NCBI GenBank assembly: GCA_963727455.1
Contig: CAVSGG010000017.1
Location: 96,001-160,000, forward strand
Reading direction: 5' to 3'
DNA: 64,000 nt
DNA from: Candidatus Krumholzibacteriota bacterium
Lineage (GTDB): Bacteria > Krumholzibacteriota > Krumholzibacteriia > JAJRXK01
Shown here: one piece after another, positions 8,867 through 19,080 of the stretch
How the letters are laid out: every line of letters begins with the position of its first letter
How positions within the stretch are numbered: position 1 is the stretch's first letter
Position numbers and translations under genes: made by a program
The notes under the pieces: model-generated
The model's database searches: none
What the model saw: the letters and a program-made list of their open reading frames with translations, nothing else
Told to the model about the DNA's origin: nothing

Positions 8867-11566
8867 ATGAACAGTCAAGACATCCGCCAGGCCTTCCTCG
8901 AATTCTTCAAGGAACGCGGTCACACCTTCGTCCCGAGCAGTAGCTTGATCCCGGACGACGATCCCACGCTTCTGTTTACCAATGCAGGGATGAATCAATT
9001 CAAGAGTGTGCTCCTGGGCGAGGAAAAACGTGCCTACGTCCGAGCCGCCAACAGCCAGAAGTGCATGCGGGTGAGCGGCAAGCACAACGATCTGGAAGCG
9101 GTGGGCCGGGACGGGCGCCACCATACTTTCTTCGAGATGCTGGGGAATTGGTCCTTCGGCGACTACTACAAGCTGGAGGCGATCCAATGGGCGTGGGAGT
9201 TTCTCACCGAGCGGATGGGTCTCGAGCGCGAGAAGTTGCTGGTGAGCGTGTACAAGGACGACGACGAAAGCTATGAGATATGGCGGAATCGTATTGGTAT
9301 ACCCGAGGACCACATCTACCGCTTGGGTGACATCTCCAAAGGCGACGAAGAAAATTTCTGGAGCATGGGGGACACCGGTCCGTGTGGCCCCTGCACCGAG
9401 ATTCACTTCGATCAGGGAAGCGAAATCGCGGCCGGCGATGATCGTCCCCTGGGAGAAAATTCCAGCGACCGCTACCTGGAAGTCTGGAATCTCGTGTTCA
9501 TTCAGTACGATCGCGACTCGGAGGGCAAACTCTCACCGCTTCCCCTGCAAAGTGTGGACACGGGAATGGGCCTGGAGCGTCTCGCCGCGTTGAAGGCCCA
9601 GGTGAACTCCAACTATGGCACGGACCTCTTCCAGCCGCTGGTTGGTTGGGTGGCCGCAAAGAGCGGTAAGAGCCCTGAGGATCCCGAAGACAAGGTCAGC
9701 ATGCAAGTGATTGCCGACCACGCACGTGCTCTCACCTTCACCGTTGCCGACGGCGGTCGCCCCGGAAATGACGGTCGCGGTTATGTCCTACGGCGCATCC
9801 TGCGCCGCGCCGCGCGTCACGGGAGACGTCTCGGTTTCACCGAGCCCTTTCTCTACGAGGTTGCCGAGCTAGTCATCGACATGATGGGCGGGCACTACCG
9901 CGAACTGATCGATGCTCGCGATCACATTCTGCGCGTGATCCGAACCGAGGAGGAGCGGTTCAACGAGACTCTCGACCGAGGTCTCGTTCTTTTCGACGAA
10001 GCTTCCCAACGCGCTTTGGAACAGTTGGCTCGGAGCAAGAAAAAGGGTTCGCCCAAAGAGAGAGTGCCGGTCATCTGCGGTGAGGATGCCTTCAAGCTGC
10101 ACGATACCTTCGGATTTCCTCTCGACCTCACCGAGCTGATGGCATCCGAGAAGGGAATGCGCGTGGACACCGCGGGCTTCGAAGAGGCTATGGAAGCCCA
10201 GAGGGCCCGCGCTCGCGCGGCCAGCAACTTCAGCGCTGCTCAGCAAAACGAGGCGTGGAATTGGCTGGAGGGAGAACCCGGCGTCGATCGCCCCGCCGCT
10301 CGCTTCGTGGGTTACGAGAAACTCGACAGCAAGTGCAAGCTACTGGGTTACCGGGCGGTAGATGAGAGTCGCTGGGAATTGGTGATCGATCCCTGTCCGT
10401 TCTATGCGGAAAGCGGTGGACAGATCGGCGACCGCGGCTTCCTCGAGAACGAGCAGCTTCAGCTCGAAGTCCTGGATACTCGCAGCTCCAATGCGGGACC
10501 AGTGTGTCTGGTCGAGTCCCACTCTGAGGATCTCGAAAACGTCATTGCGTCTGGCGCCGAGTTCACGGCGAGCGTCGATGCACCGCGCCGGCGCGCGATC
10601 ATGCGCAACCATACCGCGACTCACTTGTTGCATCGCGCGCTACGCGATCGCCTCGGCGCGCACGCGACGCAGGCCGGCTCACTCGTGGCCCCCGATCGTT
10701 TGCGTTTCGACTTTCATCACGATGGAGCACTGGGAAAAGAGGTCCTCGACGCGATCGAGAAGGCGGTAAATTCGCAGATTTTGGCCGACCGATCGGTGAC
10801 CAAACACGTCGATGTCCCCCTGGAGGAAGCGCGGAAGATGGGTGCGGTTGCGATGTTCGGCGAGAAGTACGGCGAAAAGGTGAGGGTGGTCCAGGTCGAC
10901 GACTACAGCATCGAGTTTTGCGGCGGGACACACTGTGACCATACCGGCGAGATCGGTTTGATGCGAATCACCGGGGAGAGTGCGGTAGCGGCGGGGGTGC
11001 GCCGAATCGAGGCGATCACGGGTCCGGCGGCGTTGCGCGCGTTCGAAAGCGATCGGGAGATCGTGAGGAGCCTGGGCGAGAGCCTGTCCAGCCGTCCCGA
11101 CGCGTTGCTCGGCCGCGTGGCAGCGATCCAGGACGAGCTCGAGCAGCTCCGTGACGAAATCTCGCGTGCCCAGGGAGCCAAGGCCAAGGACGCAGCGGAG
11201 AAGCTCCTGGCCAGCGTCACCGAAGTTGCCGGAGTGAAACTCGTTGCGGCGAAAGTAGAGGTCGAAAGCCGCGAAAACCTCATGCAGATGGGGGACACCC
11301 TGCGCGAGAAGCTGAAGGGTGGTGCGGCGGTACTAGCGGCCGAGCTCGATGGAAAGGTGGCTTTTCTCGCCGTGGTCACCGATGATCTCATCTCTTCGCG
11401 GGGCCTGAAGGCGGGAGATCTGGTCAAGCGCGTGGCGAAGATCGCAGGCGGGAATGGGGGCGGACGCCCGCACCTTGCACAGGCGGGAGGGAACGATCCG
11501 GCCATGATCCCCGCAGCGATCGAAGCGGTCCCTGAAATCGTGAAAGAACTCGTCAGCGCCAACTGA
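8867..11566 (+). CDS. alaS: Alanine--tRNA ligase
   Basis: DPTLLFTNAGMNQFK, HHTFFEMLGNWSFGDY, DTGMGLER, HTATHLL, FCGGTH and GGGRP motifs. Confidence 0.99.
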   Translation: MNSQDIRQAFLEFFKERGHTFVPSSSLIPDDDPTLLFTNAGMNQFKSVLLGEEKRAYVRAANSQKCMRVSGKHNDLEAVGRDGRHHTFFEMLGNWSFGDYYKLEAIQWAWEFLTERMGLEREKLLVSVYKDDDESYEIWRNRIGIPEDHIYRLGDISKGDEENFWSMGDTGPCGPCTEIHFDQGSEIAAGDDRPLGENSSDRYLEVWNLVFIQYDRDSEGKLSPLPLQSVDTGMGLERLAALKAQVNSNYGTDLFQPLVGWVAAKSGKSPEDPEDKVSMQVIADHARALTFTVADGGRPGNDGRGYVLRRILRRAARHGRRLGFTEPFLYEVAELVIDMMGGHYRELIDARDHILRVIRTEEERFNETLDRGLVLFDEASQRALEQLARSKKKGSPKERVPVICGEDAFKLHDTFGFPLDLTELMASEKGMRVDTAGFEEAMEAQRARARAASNFSAAQQNEAWNWLEGEPGVDRPAARFVGYEKLDSKCKLLGYRAVDESRWELVIDPCPFYAESGGQIGDRGFLENEQLQLEVLDTRSSNAGPVCLVESHSEDLENVIASGAEFTASVDAPRRRAIMRNHTATHLLHRALRDRLGAHATQAGSLVAPDRLRFDFHHDGALGKEVLDAIEKAVNSQILADRSVTKHVDVPLEEARKMGAVAMFGEKYGEKVRVVQVDDYSIEFCGGTHCDHTGEIGLMRITGESAVAAGVRRIEAITGPAALRAFESDREIVRSLGESLSSRPDALLGRVAAIQDELEQLRDEISRAQGAKAKDAAEKLLASVTEVAGVKLVAAKVEVESRENLMQMGDTLREKLKGGAAVLAAELDGKVAFLAVVTDDLISSRGLKAGDLVKRVAKIAGGNGGGRPHLAQAGGNDPAMIPAAIEAVPEIVKELVSAN

Positions 11567-11624
11567 GCTTGCCCCCATCCGCATTTTGGCGCTCGACGAA
11601 GCGAGCGCCCTTCCGGGAGTATCC

Positions 11625-12530
11625 ATGGATCCAATTCTGCAGCTTTCGGGTGTCGAGCGGAGCTTCGGTTCCATTCGGGCCGTGGATGGAGTGGACCTGA
11701 ACGTGCCGAGAGGAGCGATTTACGGCATCCTCGGCCCCAACGGGGCGGGCAAGACCACGACCATCCGGATGATCCTCAACATCTACATTCCCGACGCGGG
11801 GGAAATCCTCTTCGACGGGAAGCGCCTCGACCGCCACGCGATCAACCACATCGGGTATCTGCCGGAGGAGCGCGGTCTCTACAAGCGCATGCGCGTGGAA
11901 GAACACGTGATCTACCTCGCGCGCTTGAAAGGGGTACCCACGGCAGAGGCCAAGCGTCGTGCCAAACTCTGGTTGGAGCGTTTTGGCTTGGAGGATCGAG
12001 CGAGCGCAAAGACGGACGAGCTCTCCAAGGGGATGCAACAGAAGGTACAATTTATCGGTACGGTGATCTCCGAACCGCAGATGGTAGTTTTGGACGAGCC
12101 ATTCAGTGGGCTCGATCCGATCAACGTGAAACTACTGCGTGAGATCATCGAGGAGATTCGCGCCGCTGGCCGGACCGTACTCTTCTCCACGCACGTCATG
12201 GAGCAGGCAGAGCAGATCTGTGACCACATCTTCCTGATCAATGACGGCCGCAAGGTTCTCGACGGCAAGTTGGAGGACATTGTCGAGAACTATCCGGTAG
12301 ACAGTGTTCGTGTCTCCGGTGAGTTCGAGGCACAGACATTCGAGAACATCGCTGCGGTGGATTCCGCCAAGCGCAACGGAAACGAAATGCTGGTGCGCCT
12401 GAAAGAGGGTTTTGTGGCGCAAGATCTCTTGCTCGAATTGGTGAAAAGGGGAAGGGTTGATCGCTTCGTTGCCGCCCGTCCTCCTCTGAGCGAGATCTTC
12501 ATTCGGGAAGTGGAGGGAAGCCGTGAATAA
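11625..12530 (+). CDS. ABC transporter ATP-binding protein (ABC-2/NatA-like)
   Basis: Walker A GPNGAGKT, signature LSKGM, Walker B LDEP, H-loop STH. Confidence 0.93.
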   Translation: MDPILQLSGVERSFGSIRAVDGVDLNVPRGAIYGILGPNGAGKTTTIRMILNIYIPDAGEILFDGKRLDRHAINHIGYLPEERGLYKRMRVEEHVIYLARLKGVPTAEAKRRAKLWLERFGLEDRASAKTDELSKGMQQKVQFIGTVISEPQMVVLDEPFSGLDPINVKLLREIIEEIRAAGRTVLFSTHVMEQAEQICDHIFLINDGRKVLDGKLEDIVENYPVDSVRVSGEFEAQTFENIAAVDSAKRNGNEMLVRLKEGFVAQDLLLELVKRGRVDRFVAARPPLSEIFIREVEGSRE

Positions 12531-13794
12531 GCTACCCCTGGTCATGATCAGCGAGTACCTCGTGCGCGTGCGTTCCCGCGCCTTCATCATTTCGACTCTG
12601 CTCGGCCCTATCCTCCTGCTGGCGATTTCCTTGGGTCCGGCGCTCCTGGCTTCCCGCACCTCCAACGAAACGCGCAGCGTCATGGTGATCGACGATAGCG
12701 GGGACAGCGGACTCTTCACGAGCTTGCAGGGCGAAATTGGCGACCCCCAGGTGGGCGGAGGAAAAAACATACGGCTTCAGCTCTGGGGCGAGGGAAGTTC
12801 CCTCGACGCGGCGCTCTCGCAGCTTGCTCCCCAAGTCGACAACGGCAGTTACGACGGCGTGCTCTACATCCCGCCTTCGTTTTTGCAGAAGGGCGACGCA
12901 ACTCTCTACGGTTCGAATCCCTCGGGCGTGGTTTGGGCCGACCCCGTGGAGGACGCACTCGGACGAGTCCTCATACAAGAGCATCTGAAGAGCTACGGCA
13001 TCGACAAGAGCGAGCTCAACCGAGTGATGATGGGAGCGAATCTCCATGCCGAGGACATCGCGCGCGACAAGACGGGCAAGAAGGGATCCATGGAGATGAG
13101 GCTCGCGGTGGGTTTCGTGCTGGTCTTTCTGCTGTATATGATGATTCTCGCGTATGGGATCCAATCGATGAACTCTGTCATCGAGGACAAGACCTCGCGC
13201 GTGGTCGAGGTGATGCTTGCCAGCGTTACCCCGACCGTGCTCATGGCGGGAAAGATCGTGGCCAGTGCGCTGGTTGGTCTCACGCAGTTTGCCATCTGGG
13301 GCATCCTGGCTACCGGTCTCATCGGCCAAGGACTCTTTTCTCTGCCCGCGAATTTGGACCTGTCCTTTCTCACTCCAGCGATTTGGTTGGCGTTCGCCGC
13401 GTTCTTCCTCTTGGGCTACCTGCTCTTTGCCTGTCTCTATGCAGCCATCGGAGCGCTCTGTAACAGCACGCAAGATGCGCAACAGTTCCAAATGCCAGTG
13501 ACGATCCTGGTCGTCATCCCCATGCTCTTGCTTCAAGTCGTGATGCAGAACCCCAACGGGAACATCGCCGTCATCTTCTCACTCATTCCCGTCTTCACTC
13601 CCATCATGATGTTCGTGCGCATCGCGCTGGGAAATCCGCCACTTTGGCAGATCATCTTGAGCCTCGTGCTCCTGGCGGCCACGGTCGGCTTCATGGCCAA
13701 GGTGACGGGCAAACTCTTCCGGCTTTCCATTCTGAGCTTCGGCAAGTCCCCGAGCTGGAAGCAGGTGGTGCGGATGCTGCGTTCGCCCGAATGA
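12523..13794 (+). CDS. ABC-2 type permease (NatB/YhaP-like)
   Basis: N-terminal TM, extracytoplasmic loop, EDKTSRVVEVML motif and multiple C-terminal TMs; overlaps the ATPase gene. Confidence 0.9.
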   Translation: MNKLPLVMISEYLVRVRSRAFIISTLLGPILLLAISLGPALLASRTSNETRSVMVIDDSGDSGLFTSLQGEIGDPQVGGGKNIRLQLWGEGSSLDAALSQLAPQVDNGSYDGVLYIPPSFLQKGDATLYGSNPSGVVWADPVEDALGRVLIQEHLKSYGIDKSELNRVMMGANLHAEDIARDKTGKKGSMEMRLAVGFVLVFLLYMMILAYGIQSMNSVIEDKTSRVVEVMLASVTPTVLMAGKIVASALVGLTQFAIWGILATGLIGQGLFSLPANLDLSFLTPAIWLAFAAFFLLGYLLFACLYAAIGALCNSTQDAQQFQMPVTILVVIPMLLLQVVMQNPNGNIAVIFSLIPVFTPIMMFVRIALGNPPLWQIILSLVLLAATVGFMAKVTGKLFRLSILSFGKSPSWKQVVRMLRSPE

Positions 13795-13924
13795 GTCCAG
13801 TCTTTGCGGGGGCGCCGGCTTTGCCTACTATTGTTGCTCTTTGCCAATCTGTGTGGACCGGTCCCTTGAATCGCCGGAACGGCGCAGATGGCGCATCCAA
13901 GAGCTCCAGCTACAGGTTTTTACC

Positions 13925-15631
13925 ATGACTTCCAGCAACTCTCCCGGTGCCGGTTCCCTCTTGCTTTCCTCCGAGGAGGCCTCCTCCTGGCTGGCGAGAA
14001 GCCGTAACTGGCCCTCTCACCGCCTGAGCGAAATCGAACTGTGCGATCTGGGTCTGCTGCTCAACGGCGGGTTTTCCCCACTGACCGGTTTTCTGAACAA
14101 GGCGGACACGGAGTCGGTGCTCGCGGAGATGCGCCTGAAGAACGGGCAACTGTGGCCCATGCCGATCAACCTGGAGCTGGACGAGAAGACGGCTTCCGCG
14201 GCGGAGCAAGCGGGATACCTCGCGCTGCGCGACGTGGAAGGAACGGTTCTCGCGGTGCTCGAAGTGCAGGATGTGTGGCCTCTGGACAGCCGTGCCATGG
14301 CAGAGGGACTCTTCGGTCACCGCGACGAAGCTCATCCCTTCGTCGCCCGGCTCTTGGCCAGCGAGGCCACGCACTTGGCGGGGGGCAAGCTCCACGGATT
14401 GCAAATGCCGCGGCAGTACCTCTATCCGCAGCTGCATCACAGCCCGGCCGAGCTACGCGCACTCTTCGAGCAAAAGGGCTGGAAGAAGATCGTCGCCTTC
14501 CAGACGCGCAACCCGATGCACCGTGCACATTTTGAAATCACGAAACTTGCAGCTGAATCCGCCGGAGCGAAGGTTTTGCTGCATCCCGTGGTGGGTGTGA
14601 CCCGTCCGGGCGACGTTCCCGCCGTCGTGCGCGTGCGCTGCTACGAAGAACTCTTGCCGCACTACGGAGAGGATGGAGCTGTTCTGTCGCTCCTCTCTTT
14701 GGCCATGCGAATGGCGGGGCCGCGGGAAGCGCTGTGGCATTCTCTGATTCGGCGCAACTTCGGTGCGACACATTTCATCATCGGTCGCGACCACGCCGGC
14801 CCCGGCATGAACTCGCAGGGAAAACCCTTCCACGGACCCTACGACGCGCAGGAGCTGGTGGAGAAATACTCCGACGAAATTGGTCTCACCGTCGTTCCTT
14901 TGCGGATGGTGGTCTACGACCCCGAGAAGGACGCCTACGTCACCCAGGACAAGGCGAGCGAATCCTCCAAATCCTACCAGCTCTCGGGAACCGAGCTTCG
15001 CCGTCGCTTGGCAGAGGGTGAGGAGATTCCCGACTGGTTCACCTTTCCCGAAGTGGCGCGGATTCTGCGCCGCGCGTATCCCCCACGGGCTGAGCAGGGC
15101 TTCACCGTCTTCTTCACTGGGCTGTCCGCCTCGGGCAAATCGACGCTGGCCCAGGCACTCATGGCGCGCCTTCAGATCGACACCGGACGTGACGTCACCC
15201 TTTTGGACGGCGATGTCGTGCGCACGAACCTCTCCTCGGAATTGGGATTTTCCAAGGAGCATCGTGATCTCAACATCACGCGCATCGGCTATGTTGCCTC
15301 GGAGATCACGCGTCACGGGGGAATTGCCCTCTGCGCTCCGATCGCTCCCTACGATCGAGCTCGCAAGAACGTGCGCGAGCTGGTCGAAGCTCGCGGCGGC
15401 TTCACGCTGGTGCACGTGAGCACCCCGCTCGACGAGTGCGAGCGGCGCGATCCGAAGGGTCTCTACGCAAAGGCCAGGGCCGGGATCGTGAAGGGCTTTA
15501 CCGGAATCGACGATCCCTACGAGATTCCCGAAGATGCCGAGATCGATATCGACACCACCTCGATCGAACCGGACGAGGCGGCGGAACGCATTCTGGAGCA
15601 CCTGAGGAAGGAAGGCTATCTGAGCCGCTGA
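13925..15631 (+). CDS. sat/cysC: Bifunctional sulfate adenylyltransferase / adenylylsulfate kinase (PAPS synthesis)
   Basis: ATP sulfurylase motifs FQTRNPMHRAH and GRDHAG; APS kinase motifs FTGLSASGKST, LLDGD and DPKGLY...FTGIDDPYE. Confidence 0.95.
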   Translation: MTSSNSPGAGSLLLSSEEASSWLARSRNWPSHRLSEIELCDLGLLLNGGFSPLTGFLNKADTESVLAEMRLKNGQLWPMPINLELDEKTASAAEQAGYLALRDVEGTVLAVLEVQDVWPLDSRAMAEGLFGHRDEAHPFVARLLASEATHLAGGKLHGLQMPRQYLYPQLHHSPAELRALFEQKGWKKIVAFQTRNPMHRAHFEITKLAAESAGAKVLLHPVVGVTRPGDVPAVVRVRCYEELLPHYGEDGAVLSLLSLAMRMAGPREALWHSLIRRNFGATHFIIGRDHAGPGMNSQGKPFHGPYDAQELVEKYSDEIGLTVVPLRMVVYDPEKDAYVTQDKASESSKSYQLSGTELRRRLAEGEEIPDWFTFPEVARILRRAYPPRAEQGFTVFFTGLSASGKSTLAQALMARLQIDTGRDVTLLDGDVVRTNLSSELGFSKEHRDLNITRIGYVASEITRHGGIALCAPIAPYDRARKNVRELVEARGGFTLVHVSTPLDECERRDPKGLYAKARAGIVKGFTGIDDPYEIPEDAEIDIDTTSIEPDEAAERILEHLRKEGYLSR

Positions 15632-15643
15632 GCGGCGCGAATT

Positions 15644-16510
15644 TCAGCTGCGTTCGTCGCTGTTGAGTTCACCGTAGCCCAGCTTGAGCAACCATCCGTC
15701 TCCGCGCCGGCTCTCATAGAACTCACGTAGCTCGGAATCCTCCAAGAATCGGAAGCGGGGGCCGCGCTCCGCCAACGCCGCCGCTTTGGCGATTCCTTCG
15801 GGTCCGGTCTTCAAGCCGAGAAAGTCGACAACGCGAGCTAGAGCGTCCGCCGGTTTTTCCAGAAGGTCCTCATAACACAGCACGAGCTCGGGCAGTTCGA
15901 ATCGCTGGCAATTCCAGTGATGCAGATCGAGGTAGTCCTCCCACAGCGCAAAGGCGCGGGAGAGCTCGAGACAGCGCGGCGATCCGAAACGATTCAGATG
16001 GGGATCCAGCAGGTAGCGTTCGCTCTCCTTACTCGTGAGTTCCTTGCGCGCGCGTCGCCAGAGGCTCGCGGCCACGTCGATTCCATTGCGATGCACGGTG
16101 ATGGCCTTGGCCCGCGGAAAAACCGAAAGCCAAAGGGGCCAGGTCGCGGTCGTGCGCGGGTCCTTCCAGCCCCACAGGAGAGGCTCGTTCGACATGAAGG
16201 CCCGCACACGGCCCGGACCCACGTAGCGCCGCAAGAACGCCAGACTCTTGACTCTGCGCTCGAGTTCTCGAGCGAGGACAGCGATGGTTTCCTCACGTTC
16301 CAGGACATAACGCAGGGGTCTGGGATCGTCCCATGCTCCGTGCGCCCGCTGTAGCAGCCAATCGTTCGCATCGAGGATGAAGATCGATTCGTGGTGCATT
16401 TCGAGATTGCGGCCCAGATGCATCCCCAACTCGGCAAGCATCTTCGCGAGCAGAGTGGTGCCGGAACGGTGCATGCCCAGAAGCAGGACCGGGTCGTCTC
16501 GTTTCAGCAT
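15644..16510 (-). CDS. PAPS-dependent sulfotransferase family protein
   Basis: 5'-PSB loop GMHRSGTT; WGWKDPR; 3'-PB motif RNGIDVAAS; YEDL. Confidence 0.88.
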   Translation of the reverse strand: MLKRDDPVLLLGMHRSGTTLLAKMLAELGMHLGRNLEMHHESIFILDANDWLLQRAHGAWDDPRPLRYVLEREETIAVLARELERRVKSLAFLRRYVGPGRVRAFMSNEPLLWGWKDPRTTATWPLWLSVFPRAKAITVHRNGIDVAASLWRRARKELTSKESERYLLDPHLNRFGSPRCLELSRAFALWEDYLDLHHWNCQRFELPELVLCYEDLLEKPADALARVVDFLGLKTGPEGIAKAAALAERGPRFRFLEDSELREFYESRRGDGWLLKLGYGELNSDERS

Positions 16511-16535
16511 GAATGGATTCTCCTAGGAGGCTGGG

Positions 16536-17087
16536 CTAACGCCTGAAGTAACGTTCGTGAACACTCTCTCCGGTGACGACGTCGCTGCCGTAGAGATCGA
16601 CATACTCGACTTTGGGGAGGGGTTTGGATTCCTCCAGGGTAACGTAAATTCGGTCGATGGCCGCGGAATGGCCATCGATCCGAGTGAGCGCCACCCATCG
16701 GTCTCCCTTTCGCTCTACTCGAACCATGCGGCGGATGTCCGCCACCATGTCCATGAGTACGGTACCGTCATCCAACACCCGCGTCTTGAAACCGTACGCC
16801 AGTTTGCGCTCCAGCAAACTCAACTGTTGCCGTCTGCCGTCCTCGGCCTTGCGAATCCAATAGCTGATGACCGGGTCGTCGCGGTTCAAGTCGCCGTCTT
16901 CGTTCAAAACCACGTCATACTGTACGATGTTGGCATTTTGGGATCGTTCGATGTTGAAAAGATGTTGAGTATGTTGCGGCCAATTCTCGCCCGCAAGAAC
17001 ACTTCGAGGCATCGCCACGCCGACGACGACGCACAAAATGAAAATCGTCGAAAGCCTCGGTGCTTCTTCACGCGCGATCGCTGCCAT
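16536..17087 (-). CDS. DUF4833-like secreted protein
   Basis: LFNIERSQNANIVQYD, YW and LAYG motifs, VEYVDLYG; signal-like N-terminus. Confidence 0.7.
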   Translation of the reverse strand: MAAIAREEAPRLSTIFILCVVVGVAMPRSVLAGENWPQHTQHLFNIERSQNANIVQYDVVLNEDGDLNRDDPVISYWIRKAEDGRRQQLSLLERKLAYGFKTRVLDDGTVLMDMVADIRRMVRVERKGDRWVALTRIDGHSAAIDRIYVTLEESKPLPKVEYVDLYGSDVVTGESVHERYFRR

Positions 17088-17089
17088 GT

Positions 17090-17566
17090 CTAATCCTCTG
17101 CATCGTCCCCCAGAGAGATTTCGTTGGGCAGTTCGTTCACGTCCTTCCCTTCACCAGCATACGGGAAATAGCTAGCGAGGCGGTTGCCAATCTGCAGAAT
17201 TGCCTCGCTCAGAGCCCCGGCGAACTCCCCTTGGCGAAACTTAAGGACGAGATCGGCCACGATGCCATCCCAGAAGCCCTCTTCGACCTTTTCGTGGATG
17301 CCTCGGTCCCCCAGGACCGCGACGCGCCGGTCCGCGATCGACAGGTAGATGAGAACGCCGTTCCTCAGGGCGGTCTCGGTCATCCCGAGATCCTCGAAGA
17401 TGTCTCGCCCCCGATAGTAGGGGTCGCCGCCCGGGCACTTTTTTTCTATGTGGACCCGAATTTCGCCGCTCGTGAGCCTCTCGGCCGCCTCGATCGCCTC
17501 GACGATGCGGGCGCTCTCGTCGGGCAGCAGGAAATTCGAGGGATTCTTGCCGCGGGAAACGCGCAT
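17090..17566 (-). CDS. TPM domain protein
   Basis: AERLTSGEIRVH, RNGVLIY, GDRGI and NELPN motifs. Confidence 0.85.
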   Translation of the reverse strand: MRVSRGKNPSNFLLPDESARIVEAIEAAERLTSGEIRVHIEKKCPGGDPYYRGRDIFEDLGMTETALRNGVLIYLSIADRRVAVLGDRGIHEKVEEGFWDGIVADLVLKFRQGEFAGALSEAILQIGNRLASYFPYAGEGKDVNELPNEISLGDDAED

Positions 17567-17568
17567 CT

Positions 17569-18342
17569 CTACCAGCCTCCGCTCGCGCCGCCGCCGCCAA
17601 AGCCGCCGCCGCCGCCGATGAACCCTCCGCCGCCGAAGCCTCCCCCTCCAAATCCACCTCCGCGACCTCCGCCGCCGAAGAAGATGAAGGGGCCTCCCCG
17701 TCTGCGCCCCCCTCGTCCGATCACACGGAGGAAGATGAAAAGGAGAAGGAACAGAATCGGCAGGGGCAAACCCCGGCTGCTTCGGCCGCGCTGGCGATCG
17801 CCCAGAGTCTTTCCCGAACCCTCGTACTCCCCACGGCTGGCCGCCATGAGAGCGGAGCTTCCGGCCCAGACCGCGGCAACGGCATGACCGGCCTGCAGGC
17901 GCGGACGCATTTCGTTCTGGATGATCGAGAAGGAAATCGCGTCGGTAACCGCACCCTCCAGACCGTAACCGACTTCGATGCGGATCTTACGATCCTCGGA
18001 GTAGATCGCCAGCAGGATCCCGTTGTCGCGCCCCTTTCTTCCCATGCCCCAGGCCTCGGCCACTCGGTGGGTATAGTCCTGGATTTCCTGCCCGTGCAGA
18101 GAGCGAAAGATCGCCACGACCAGCTGATTGCTCGTGCTGCGCTCGAAGGCCTGGAGCGAATCCGCCAGCGAGCGTTCCTGCGCGGGGCTCAGCCAATCCG
18201 CTTCATCGTAGACATAGTGCGCCGGAGGAGGAGGGATCTCGGAGGAATCGGCGTGCGCCCGCCCCGAAATAAGAAGCAGAATCGTGCCCACGATGAACAA
18301 CCGTGTCGCGCAATGGAGTCTCTGCGATTCCGACAGCCTCAT
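17569..18342 (-). CDS. TPM domain membrane protein with Gly-rich tail (YgcG-like)
   Basis: DNGILL, RIEVGYGLEG; ends GGGGFGGGGASGGW. Confidence 0.9.
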   Translation of the reverse strand: MRLSESQRLHCATRLFIVGTILLLISGRAHADSSEIPPPPAHYVYDEADWLSPAQERSLADSLQAFERSTSNQLVVAIFRSLHGQEIQDYTHRVAEAWGMGRKGRDNGILLAIYSEDRKIRIEVGYGLEGAVTDAISFSIIQNEMRPRLQAGHAVAAVWAGSSALMAASRGEYEGSGKTLGDRQRGRSSRGLPLPILFLLLFIFLRVIGRGGRRRGGPFIFFGGGGRGGGFGGGGFGGGGFIGGGGGFGGGGASGGW

Positions 18343-18343
18343 C

Positions 18344-18937
18344 TCAGAACTTGACCTTTGGAGCTTCCTCGGCGCCCGGTTCGGACTGGAAGTACTGCTT
18401 CTTCCTGAGACCGGTCATGTTCGCGATGATGCTGGCGGGGAAACGTCTGATCTTCGTGTTGAAGGCCTGCGCCGCTTCGTTGTAGTGCTTGCGCTCGACT
18501 GCGATGCGATTCTCTGTGCCTTCGAGCTGGCTCTGCAGGGTGAGATAATTCTGATTGGCCTTCAGGTCGGGATAGCGTTCGACCGTGACCAAGAGCCGCG
18601 ATAGCGCCCCACTCAACGCCCCCTGCGCCTGTTGAAACTTCTGGAAAGCCTGGGGATCGTTCACGACGTCACTGCTCAGGCTCGCCTGAATCTGCGTTGC
18701 CTTCGCCCTGGCCTCGATTACGTCGGTGAGCGTCTCCTTCTCGAAGTTGGCAGCTCCCTTGACCGTTTCCACCAGATTGGGAATGAGATCCGCGCGTCTC
18801 TGGTAGACATTCTCGACCTGCGACCAGGAGCTTTCTACACCCTCCTCCAGACTGACCATGGAGTTGTAGGACGAGCAGGAAGAGAACCCTATCAGCACCA
18901 CGATGAGCAGAAAGACGAGAGGAAGCGTTTTTTTCAT
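18344..18937 (-). CDS. lemA: LemA family protein
   Basis: YQRRADLIPNLV, ERYPDLKAN, LEGTENRI. Confidence 0.95.
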   Translation of the reverse strand: MKKTLPLVFLLIVVLIGFSSCSSYNSMVSLEEGVESSWSQVENVYQRRADLIPNLVETVKGAANFEKETLTDVIEARAKATQIQASLSSDVVNDPQAFQKFQQAQGALSGALSRLLVTVERYPDLKANQNYLTLQSQLEGTENRIAVERKHYNEAAQAFNTKIRRFPASIIANMTGLRKKQYFQSEPGAEEAPKVKF

Positions 18938-19080
18938 GATGAACTTCTCCGGAAAAAATGGGGGCGTGAGTTCACAGGATTACGGTTCGTTCCTCATAAG
19001 GGATAAGCCTAACTCGCAACTGCCGCACGATACGGCGTTCCCGCGCACTCTACGCTTCGCACCCATGATATACTTGCTCA

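Noticed and set aside
17575-17680. GCC/CCG-rich repeat
   Set aside because: It simply encodes the standard Gly-rich tail of the TPM protein; not a CRISPR or mobile repeat.
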